From Mobula birostris (lineage: Eukaryota): a DNA stretch of 64,000 nucleotides. The notes under the pieces are model-generated. The model saw only the letters and a program-made list of their open reading frames with translations. It did no database searches and was not told the origin of the DNA. Below are positions 26,928-37,620 of the stretch, piece by piece. Where the stretch lies: positions 101,112,408-101,176,407 of the forward strand of contig NC_092379.1 in assembly GCF_030028105.1 (NCBI RefSeq). The letters run 5' to 3'. Every line of letters starts with the position of its first letter. Positions within the stretch are counted from its first letter, which is position 1. A program made the position numbers and the translations under genes.

Positions 26928-28636
26928 GGCACCAACAATATAGTAAAAATGTGGGAAGAGACCCTACAAGCCAAATTTAGGGAGCCAAGACGAAGTTAAA
27001 AAGTACGACTTCACAGGTCAATCTCAGGATTACTACCTGTGCCACGTGCTAATCAGAGTAGGATTAGCAAAATAGTCAGGATGAATATGAGTAGTAGTGT
27101 AGCAGGCAGGGTTTCAGAATCCTGGGCCATTTGAATTGGTTCTGGCAGAAGTGGAACCTGTACAAATCAGACACTCTACACCTGTGCAGGACCAGGATCA
27201 ATAACTTGGGGGATTCTTTGCTTGTGCTTTTGAGGAGGGTTTAAACTAATATGGGGATGGAGAATGGGAATCCATGCAGAAAGCCAGAAGGAAACAATGC
27301 AGAGACCAAAGTGCAAGTTAGAGGTGCAAGTACTGTGAAAATGCTTGTGTCCCCAGTCTACATTAGCCATCTCCTCCCTCATCCTGTTGTAGTTCCCTTG
27401 TTTAGGTGAAATACACTGGTTATTGCCCTTCCATTGAAAAAATAAACATACTGTGATTATTCTTTCCTAGACGGTCTAGGAAAGAGGAAAGGGGAGTACA
27501 GAAAACTCAAATGCAAAGGACGTAAAAGATTGCCAGATTCTAAAAGGACACTTCAACTGAATGTCCATAGTATTCAAAACACGGTCATTGAGCTCGTGGC
27601 ACAAATCAGTAGGAAAGGGTATGATTCAGTGGTCATTAGAAACATGGCTGCAGTATGGAGATGATTTGGAATTAAATATCCAAGGGTATCAGGTAATACA
27701 GAAGTGTAGACAGGAAGGTGGGGTAGTACTCTTAATTACAGATGAGGTCAGGACAATAGGGAGAGATGATATAAGATCTAAGAAACATAGTGTTGAATCT
27801 GGGTAGAGATTAGGAATTGTAAAGGGAAAAAAAACAACAAATAATAGCATTACAAGAGCAGTGGCAACAAACCAAGAAATATCTGATACATATAAATAAT
27901 GTTATGGCAATTGTCATGGGGGACTTTAACTTACACATACATTGGGTAAAAAAAAAAGTTGGTCGAGGCAGTCTTGATGACTTTCTTGAACTAACCCTAC
28001 AAGGGAAAATGCTATCTTAGATCTGGCCCTATGCAGAGACAGATAAAATTAATGATCTTGTAGACCGTCTAGGAAAGAATAATCACAGTATGTTTATTTT
28101 TTCAATGGAAGGGCAATAACCAGTGTATTTCACCTAAACAAGGGAACTACAACAGGATGAGGGAGGAGATGGCTAATGTAGACTGGGGACACAAGCATTT
28201 TCACAGTACTGAACAAAAATATATTCCAATTAAAAACAAAGCAGCAATAGTGGGGAGAACCAACCTTGGATAACTAAGGAAATAAAGATAGACATTAAAC
28301 TAAAAAATCATGCAAAGTCACCAAAAGTACTGAGAAATTGAAAGAATGGGAAAAAATTTGAAAAAGGAAAGAACCACCAGGCAAGCAATAAGGAAGTGGA
28401 TGATGGATAATGAAAGCAAACTAGCGCAAAATTTTAAAAAACAGTAAAAGTTATTACAATTTTATGAAGTAGAAAAGAGTAGCCAAAATGAACATAGGTC
28501 CCTTGGAAGACGAGAAGGAAGAATTAATATTGGGTATTGCAGAAATGGGCAAGGCTTTGAATTACCACTGTCAGTTTTCATGGTGGAGGACACATTAACA
28601 TGACAAAGAGATGTTATGAATGTGATAGGAGATGAG
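26928..28636 (+). mobile_element. Degenerate CR1 (ORF1 end, endonuclease and linker region)
   Basis: ETWLQ...ELNIQGY, MGDFN and PWITKEI motifs with many stops. Confidence 0.7.
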
Positions 28637-29130
28637 TGTTACAGCGAGCTGAAACAACCAACACCTATTGATCAACTAACAACCAATCCCAGGCTAACTT
28701 TCACTAATTAGTTCCAATCAACATCTTGAATGTTCTTTGAGTAAACCATTTACTATTTAACTAGTTGTGCTTTGGGATTACAGTTGAGTTTTGAGATCTG
28801 TAGTTGTATCGTTTTACTGAATAAAGGAGTACTTCGAGTTCCAGCTTTGGGTCTCATCAGTAACTATAGGCAAGCGCAGACAAAAAAAATTGACGACGAG
28901 GTGCTGTATTATATCAACATGGCAATGTGAGCAGAAGACTTGCGCGCAATTCTGCAACAGCAGCAAGCTCAATTTGAGGTGGTTCAGCTGAAGTTAACCT
29001 GCAGGTCAAGGTTTTGATTATCAGTGAGTCCAACGATATCGGTGTCAAACAGTGAACAGAACTCACGTGAGTCAGTTGTTCAGGAGTTACATTTGAATCA
29101 TGACTTAAACATTACAAATATATACTCTGA

Positions 29131-29615
29131 CAACAGGAATTCTGCAGATGCTGGAAATTCAAGGTTGGGTAGCCTCCAACCTGATGGCATGAACATTGAC
29201 TTCTCTAACTTCCACTAATGCCCCACCTCCCCCTCGTACCCCATCCGTTATTTATTTTTATACACACATTCTTTCTCTCACTCTCCTTTTTCTCTCTCTG
29301 TCCCTCTGACTATACCCCTTGCCCATCCTCTGGTTCCCCCCCCCTCCTTGTCTTTCTCCCCAGACCTCCTGTCCCATGATCCTCTCATATCCCCTTTGCC
29401 AATCACCTGTCCGGCTCTTGGCTCCATCCCTCCCCCTCCTGTCTTCTCCTATCATTTTGGATCTTCCCCTCCCCCTCCCACTTTCAAATCTCTTACTAAC
29501 TCTTCCTTCAGTTAGTCCTGACGAAGGGTCTCAGCCTGAAACGTCGACTGTACCTCTTCCTAGAGATGCTGCCTGGCCTGCTGCGTTCACCAGCAACTTT
29601 GATGTGTGTTGCAAG
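29131..29615 (+). mobile_element. 5'-truncated Penelope-like element with inverted partial pLTR and hammerhead
   Basis: 11-bp TSD atatactctga (29120, 29616); inverted pLTR piece at the 5' end; GIY-YIG-type C-terminus RLGSLQPDGMNIDFSNFH*; pyrimidine-rich UTR; hammerhead at 29514-29549. Confidence 0.8.
29514..29549 (+). ncRNA. Minimal type I hammerhead ribozyme motif
   Basis: AGTC (stem I) - CUGACGA - AGG/CCU (stem II) - GAAA - C-GUC (predicted cleavage after 29545) - GACU (stem I). Confidence 0.72.
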
Positions 29616-30755
29616 ATATACTCTGAGTCAGGTTTGCCAGTAAAGATGACTCGTGGAAAAAACGCACTTTGCTCCAAAACCTGGATGCTGCTGAACATAA
29701 GCATTATTTCAGCTCCATTCTACCTAAGGACCCGTGTGACCCATCATTTGACAAAACTGTCTTCGACAGCTAACAAGCATTTTTGGAGAGCAGTCATATC
29801 TCTTCAGTGTTCACTATGCTGATGACTTCCTCACATATGCTGGTGTGATCAATTACGAATGTGAAAAGTTCAAGCTGAGTAATGTGACTCAGTCACAGTT
29901 CAAGTGTGTTTTTTTTATTTGTGCACTTTAGGCACCTGGCGATGCAGACATTTGCAAATGTGCAAAACCCTGATATCACTTTACAAGCTGCCACTCAAGA
30001 ATATCGGTGTTTGATCAACCTGAAACACGATTCCAAACTGGTCAAATAAAGCCATGTCAATGCAGTTTCCAATGGCCCAGACATCATCACTCAGCAGATC
30101 TCCAAGTGGTCAAACACTGCTTGTTGCAACTGTAGTGCATGGCATTACACAAGAAAATGACAAAAGAAACAGATTTGCAGCAAATGTCAACACTGTGGTC
30201 AAAAAAAAGGTTTTTGCTGTTGTCTTCTAAGCCAGTGAAACACAAGAACAAGTTCAAAAGCTATCAAAATTTACAAGGAATTCAAAGGTCATGTTCAGTT
30301 GACTTCATTCCCAGGAGACAGTACTTCCAACATATTTAACAATCAGTTAGTCAAGCTACAATTTCCTTATTAACTTCTCATCCAACCAAATCACAGATGA
30401 CATGCAAGTGCTATGTATTTTGAATACCTGGTGTAAGGAACTCTGTTTGCAAATGACATTAATTCCAACAAGAAAACAATCAATTAAATAACATTTCTGT
30501 TCCTTTTGTAACATACTGTAGGGTTTCACTGCTGTGTAACATGCTGTAAGGTTTCACTGATCATGTAATGGTTTCTCTGTAGCAGCAATGTTTGGGTTAT
30601 GACTAGAGATAATTGGGTTTGGAATGCTTCTATGCATTGAGTAGTGAAGTTGGCTCTTGTAAGCTCTCAACCATACTACAGGGTACTGAAAAATATGGTG
30701 AAAGTTATCATAGAGGTGTTTCTGATAATTTACTGAAATTCTCTAGACCCTACGC

Positions 30756-30948
30756 CAGGGGTGGCCAACCTCTTACATTCCATGTGTCAATTTTTTCACG
30801 CACGAGTTCAGTTGTGATTTTTTCACACACGAGCTCTATATTAACATACCTTTAGAAGGATTGAGTGGGGGTACAAGAGTTGTATGGCACATCTGAACTC
30901 GTGAGTGAAAAAATTGACGCATGGAATGTAAAAGGTTGGCCACCCCTG
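30756..30948. mobile_element. hAT-type MITE
   Basis: About 55-bp near-perfect TIRs CAGGGGTGGCCAACC...; degenerate 8-bp TSD ccctacgc / ctctaagc. Confidence 0.8.
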
Positions 30949-31339
30949 CTCTAAGCAATAAGTGTCAGGCCACTGCTTTAGGCTTTAGGCAAAAGGCAGG
31001 TAACTATAGGGCAGTTAGCTTAACATCTGTAGTCAGAAAAATACCTGAAGCTATTGTTAAGGAAGAAATAGCAAGACATCTGGATAGAAATAGTTCCATC
31101 AGGTAGAGGATGAATTCAGGAAGGGAAAATCCTGTTTGATAAACTTAAGAGTTCTTTGAAGATATATAAGCCCAATGGATGGAGAACACACACATCTTCT
31201 TCTCAGTGAATTCTCTTAGTAAAGCACTTCAATAGTGCTCCTCGTGGAGGGAATTCACATCAAAAACTTTTGAACATGGACATTTTCCCTCGAGTAAAAT
31301 CAACAAGAATGCTGTTCCAACTTATTACAAATATCATAC

Positions 31340-31758
31340 CCTGTTTGGTTGCCCAGGATTATAGTTTGAAAATCTGGGAATCATTCTGATTTCCTCCTCA
31401 GAAAGTTTGTTCCTCCGGATCTCTTCTATAGAAACAGCTTCCACTTGCTGGATAATTTTTTGAGGACACTGGGTGCCAGCGCTGGGTAGGGTTCTGATAG
31501 GCACACTGACAGAAAGTCTTTTGGTGTTCTGATTTTCATACTGAGAAGTGACATTGAGCTCACTTTGTGATGGTAGAAGTAGACTAGTCATTTCTCCAAA
31601 ACCAACTCCTTCACTAGTTGCTGTAGAAGGTATTTCTGTGGAAGATCCTGGTCTGTTTTTTGGATTTTCTTCCATTCCAGCAGAATCATTTTTGAATTTT
31701 AATAACATCATTTCCAATTGGTTGATTGGGTCACTCTGGTCTTTTATGAATTGTTCAT
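31340..31758 (-). CDS. RBM41: RBM41 exon 5 (DEQFIKDQSDPINQLE...EEIRRNKLSEEEIRMIPRFSNYNPGQPNR)
   Basis: Acceptor ccacttcag, donor AGG|GTATGA; 419 nt, phase 1 to 0; conserved pre-RRM extension. Confidence 0.93.
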
Positions 31759-33820
31759 CTGAAGTGGAAACAATACAAGCATATTAGACACAGCACTACA
31801 AAGGGAAAAGCATAATAAAATAAGCATGTCAAAGTGCACACATGGATCAGTGCCTTAAACCTGCTACCCTATCTTTCTCTCCTTGACCCAAGTATATCCT
31901 ATGACTGAGGTAATGGAGACAGGATTTGTCCATTCAAATGTTTGAGAACGCCAATTTATTATATAAAATTACGGCACTAGCTGAAGGCCAAATTAAACTA
32001 GCAACTACTTGGTGCCACGTTTGGCTTAGACTTTCAACTGAAACTGAATTTCTACTTAACCCAGGAAAGAATTTAATTTTCAAAATTTTGCTCCACAACA
32101 CATAGGTTAAATCGCTTAATAGTTTATAATTGCCAGACTGTATCCAAGTGAAATTAACAGTTGGAATATACAATACCAATAAGGATATTATAAAATTATA
32201 ATTTGTAACTGTACATTAATGTGTTAAATTTATTAAAAATAAAATCATACAATATTGGCCAATATTCATAATTCATTTCTCCCACTTTCAACATGAATGT
32301 GAACAAATTTGACAAGAATTAAATGAATTTAAAATCAAATTTGAAAAAAAAAAGCTGCTCAAAGAGGCTATAAATGTTTGGAGCAATCTACCATAAAGAA
32401 GAATTCTGAAGGACTCTGTGTAACTTAATCGAATTGGATACATGTTTCGGCAAGCCATGAACAAAAGATTTTTTTTTCCCCTATAGATGGTTGGTTCTAT
32501 ACCCACATATTGAACCAATGAAGCTTTTGTATCAATACTGATCACACATAGATGGATAGGGAATCTAGAGTGAGCAGCATTCCATTACTGGCAAAGCAAT
32601 TTGGTGGCGAGAGAAAAAAAAATGATTATGGCTGAAGAAACTGATACTAAATAGCATCGTCTGCCCCATTTTTCCAACCAGTCAACTTGGCAGTTCCTTG
32701 AATACCACGTTGCAAGCTATTTTTGTTATTTTAATTAGGTCCTCTACGCCACGCATCATCCCCTAATCAGGAGAACGGGCAGGACAGACAGCCTGTTCCA
32801 AAGTCTCTACCCAAGCCATTCTAGAATCAGCAGCTGTGAGTCTTACTTGTTACTGACTCAATCCAATTTGCTTTCCCTCTCACAGCAGAAGTACCTCACT
32901 TCTGCTCGCATCTACTAGATGGCCGAACTGAGATAGCCAACTTGCTGTACATGGACATTAAACACAAGTAACCAAAAGCTTTGGGGTTGTATGGTTCTCC
33001 TGCAGGATGTATATTTATGTCCCAACTCCCCCAGGTTAGACTTCAAATGTCAATGCTGCTGCTTGGAACTAGAAACTGGAAAAGGAAAAATCAAAAGTCA
33101 TGTCATCATGCGCTCGTCCAGCGCACATCCATTGATCAGTTATGTAGTGACTTTGGCAGAGCTCTGGGAGTAGTTCTCCAATCCATGCTTGCAGTTGGGG
33201 AAGGTGCGTGACGTTGAGGAGATTTCAGGAACTAAAATTGGGAGAGAAAGAGACTTACAAAAAAAAACATAATTAACCGTCAGCACCCAGACGATGACTG
33301 GCATATTGTCATACAGTACCATTTTCTGTGTCCACTACTCTGGGAATTTGCCATTTATTTGTCACAAATATTCTGGAAGGGTACAGAACAATAAGTATTA
33401 CAACATAGAAACATACAAATTCACAGAACAAGTCTGTAAGTATTTAAATAGAACAAAAAATGTTTTGACCACAAAACTGGCTACAGTCAAAGAATATTAA
33501 ATAACACACAGCTTTCTGACCTCTGAACTGAAGCAGGGGACTTGAGTTCTTTCTGCAATTAAAGATGAATACACCAGGTCTTTAAGGCTCAACTGCTCCT
33601 TTGCCCTGCTCTACAGAATAGTAAACCCCACATTAGCACACAAGCCAATTACTTCCTTTTCTTTTCAAGAAAAAAATAATCAAAAGCATTTTACACCAGC
33701 CTATTCTTACTTATCTTCCTAAACAGAAAGTTGGGAACAGGTTGGTTCATTTCTCTTGCATAGGGAATGATCGTGTAAAAAGAGGGAAATGTAAACCTAC
33801 TTAATGACCGAAATATATAC

Positions 33821-34025
33821 CTTGGTAATATAATGCTTTCAAAAAAGTGTGTCGGTCACTTCCTTGAAACATGGCTTTTTCAATCTCCATCTCTCTCCTA
33901 TTCAATTGTTTACTTCCTGCGAATCTCTGTGGCAATGACAAAAGTCGTTGGCGCTCCTCAATCTTTTCTTCAATGGCACGGAGTCTCTGCTGCACTGCTG
34001 CTGGATCTGCTCCAAATCCTGAGAA
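33821..34025 (-). CDS. RBM41: RBM41 exon 4 (FSGFGADPAAVQQRL...QLNRREMEIEKAMFQGSDRHTFLKALYYQ)
   Basis: Acceptor ttttaag, donor G|GTATAT; 205 nt; strong match to the RBM41 N-terminal domain. Confidence 0.93.
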
Positions 34026-34606
34026 CTTAAAACAAACAAAATGGCTTTAAAAGACTGAGTTTCTGTCACTAATCCATCAATCACTGACTGCCAGATTTTA
34101 CTTTGCTGCAGATGAGGGTTTTACATTGGTCAAAGTAAAATTGGGGGGAGAACACTTGGGCACTTTCCAAGAACATTTATAAAAAATGAAAGACTGAGAA
34201 TAGCAAAGTGCTATATGCGCACATAATCCAAACAAACATACTATGAAGAAAAATGGGAGGATCATTGTTAAGTAATTTCAAAACAGAGTGGTCGCAACAC
34301 TTTGATATTATTTCACTTGTAGGTTACATTGATGCTTTATTTCTTGGTTAAAAGCTGTGTACTTAAGAGTAAAAGTATACAACCACAGATTCTTCTGCAA
34401 TTGCAAGCACAAGATCCACATAAATTTTCGATATAAAACTGTACTTAAGCATCACGTGAACATATTGTCACAAAATATTATTACATCAGTAAAACCATTA
34501 AATATTTGAACTTTGCTACTGGTCAATCAACTTGCTTGTGGGCTAACATTATGATTTATGATTTCACCCTGCCCACATTTTGTAAAACCCTTCAAGCATA
34601 CCTCAC

Positions 34607-34799
34607 CTTAACTAGAGATTCCCTTTCTTGCCAGAGTTGGATTTCCCTGTCAGTAAGTCCAAGATCCCTCAGTGCAGCAATCTCCCCATCTCCATCCTGC
34701 AAAGTCTGGAATTGCGACAGGCTCAACACACCTGCTGCTTGCTCTCCAAAAGGCTTGTATACAGCACTTGGAGTAAAGCATTTCTTCTTTGCCATGCAT
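34607..34799 (-). CDS. RBM41: RBM41 exon 3 (CMAKKKCFTPSAVYKPFGEQAAG...LGLTDREIQLW)
   Basis: Acceptor tttgtcatag, donor AAG|GTGAGG; 193 nt, phase 2 to 0. Confidence 0.93.
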
Positions 34800-35393
34800 C
34801 TATGACAAAGAAAACTGAATTAAGAAATAAAAGCAGTAGCAATCAGCAACAAGGTGGGAGTTAGAAACAAAAGATAAAGGATTTCAAGAAAATAATCCTT
34901 TCTCATCTGAAGTTCACTAATTTGTCTGGAGGGAATGCTGTGGCTCACCAAATTATGTGAATTTGATGCATGTTTACCTGACTCCAAAATTTTCCTTTAC
35001 CTCTAGTTGTTTCACCCAAAACAATCTATTACGATAAAACTGAAAATGGCAGATGCTCTGATCATTAAATGTAGTCAATTGCTTTATTACAAATGGCTAT
35101 GTAAAAACTCATACACCAAAATTCCTTCCCTCACTTGCCTTGAGAGTCATAAATGTTATTTCTTAGTATAAATCATATCCTATATAAAACAACAAAATAT
35201 TATTGTATATTAAATTTGGTAAATTAGATAATTTTTGTCACATTTACTGAGGTAGAGTGAAAAACTTGTCTTGTGGACTGTCCATGAAGATCAATTCATT
35301 ACAACGTTGTGTTGAGGTAGTACAAGATAAAATAACAGAGTGCAGAATAGTGTTACATTGCAGAGAAAATACAGTTTAGGTAAACACTGGAAA

Positions 35394-35775
35394 GCCAAGC
35401 AACACACACAAAATGCTGGAGGAACACAGCGGGCCAGGCAGCATCTATGGAAAAGAGTACTGTCGACATTTCAGGCTGAGTGCTGAAGGATCTCGGCTGA
35501 AAACATTGACAGTACTCTTTTCCATAGATGCTGCCTGGCCCGCTGTGTTCCTCCAGTATTTTGTGTGTGTTGCTTGAATTAACAGCATCTGCAGATTTTC
35601 TCTTCATGATTGGATTACTACACTGCGAAGTCTCTTCCAGGGATGCCTACCCTGAAGAAGTTTAAACCTTCCCTTCAGTCCTGCTAAAGGGTCTCGGTCC
35701 AAAACGTCAACTGTACTCTTTTCTGTTGATGCTGCCTGGCCTGCTGAGTTCCTCCAGCATTTTGTGTATGGTGCA
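35394..35775. mobile_element. Penelope pLTR inverted pair plus tandem copy
   Basis: 35396-35475 and 35497-35576 are near-perfect inverted repeats; a further copy with a degenerate hammerhead lies at 35677-35770. Confidence 0.75.
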
Positions 35776-36464
35776 GGTAAACAGTAAGGTGCAATGTCAC
35801 AATGAGGTAGACTATAAGGTCAAGAGCCTATCTCATCATATTCGACAGTGCTCCTTTGCCAAGATTTCATCAGTATCTTCTTACCTGGTAAAAACTGATG
35901 TATCTTAGCCTTACGCCTGCCTGTATGTCTTGATTTCCATTTTGACTTCTGATTGGGCCACATCTTTTCTTATGCACCAATGAAATAGAACATTTTTAGA
36001 TTCCCTTTCATATTAGCTGTCAGTATTTTCTTGTGCTCTTTCTTGGCCTCCTATTTCCTTCTAACTTCCTCTCAGAATTTTCTGTTATCATCCTGCCTCT
36101 TATTTGCACTAACCAATGTACCTGTCTGTTATCTTTTTCGACTTCTATGGAGCTCTGGCTTTACTTTCCTACTCTTCTCCCTCTAGGGAATATAATTAGA
36201 CTGAAGGTGAATCAGCTCCATTTTAAATGTTTCATGTTCAATTACAGCTTACATATGCCAAGCTTGAACTTCCTTCAATTCTTGGGCTGCGAACATCAAT
36301 GATTAAACCAGCATTTAGTGCCCAGACTTTGTCTTGTGAACTAAGCATCTTGCTCGGCCATTTCAAAAGGTAACTGGAAGTTAACCAAATTGGTCAGCGT
36401 CTTTTAAGGATAGTAGATGTTAATGAAACAGTGAAGTTAGTTCATGGTCAACATTACTGACTTC

Positions 36465-37420
36465 TTTCTTTTTCAATCTTTTTATTAATTTCGAAGTATA
36501 GAAACAAAACATAGTAATAATACAAATAGTAGGAGAAATATTGTTACATTTAGAAAAAGTAATTATAAAATCAAATAGTGTAAGTTAACAAAGCTCCCAA
36601 TCATGTGGAACTGACAACGGATAATACAAATCAAAAGAAAACTGAAAAAAAAACATGAAAAAGAAAAAAAAAACAAACCAAAAAAAAAAACCATCTCCAA
36701 AGAAAAACAGAATTAATCAACTAAACTAAAAGACTTGGGCAAAACTAACAACTTAAAAATGGAAAAGAAGAAAACCTCAGCATCGACGACTCCATTCCCC
36801 TCCAACAACAGTACAGAGAGATAAAACAAGTTTGGAAATGATCAAATTACATCAAGTGAAAATGCTGAATGAATGGCTTCCAAGTTTTTTCAAACTTAAT
36901 GGAAGGGTCATAAATTGCACTTCTAATTTTATCCAAATTCAAACACAACATAGTTTGTGAAAACCAATGAAATACCTTAGGAGGGTTAATCTCTTTCCAA
37001 TTCAACAAAATGGACCTTCTAGCCATTAAAGTAAGAAATGCAATCATCTTTCGTGATGAAGAGGTTAAATTATTTAAGTCTATCATTGGTAGTCCAAAGA
37101 TAGCAGTAATTGGATGAGGTTGTAAGTCTATGTTTAGGACCATTGAAATAATATCAAAAATATCTTTCCAATATTTCTCCAACAAGGGATATGACCAAAA
37201 CGTGGGTTAAAGAAGCTATCTCGAAATGACATCTGTCACATATTGGATTAATATAAGAATAATAACGAGATAGTTTATCTTTGGACATATGAGCCCTGTA
37301 CACTACCTTAAACTGTATCAACCTATGCTTAGCACATACAGAGGATGAATTCACCAACTGAAGAATTTTTTCCCATTTTTCAGTCGGTATATTAATCTCA
37401 AGTTCCAACATTACTGACTT
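36465..37420 (-). mobile_element. 5'-truncated L1 (ORF2 C-terminus plus 3' UTR)
   Basis: LIQFKVVYRAH...CDRC...TH zinc knuckle, ARRSILLNWK, FEKTWKPF; T-rich UTR and A-rich tail on the minus strand. Confidence 0.85.
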
Positions 37421-37620
37421 CAACTCTTTTTATTCAAAATGTATTTAAATATTTGGATTTTAACATTTTTGCCTTCATAGTGGCTTTTGAAAGGATATCA
37501 TTATACTACCTTGCCCTGTCATTCATCTGTTTCTCTCAGTTCCTCTCCTCCCGTACCCCACCCCAAAAGATCACGGCATTCTGAATGGCATTATTTGATC
37601 ATGAGAATATTCATCCGTTA

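Larger units (their letters stand above)
28637..30400 (+). mobile_element. Gypsy-like LTR retrotransposon remnant (LTR, PBS-like site, gag)
   Basis: Starts TGTTAC; AATAAA inside the putative LTR; PBS-like TGACGACGAG at about 28891; gag-like LRAILQQQQAQFE and degenerate Cys/His knuckles near 30120-30200. Confidence 0.5.

Noticed and set aside
29319-29822. Pro/Leu/Ser-rich ORFs (also 52238-52672 and 5412-5825)
   Set aside because: Translations of Penelope pyrimidine-rich UTRs, not genes.
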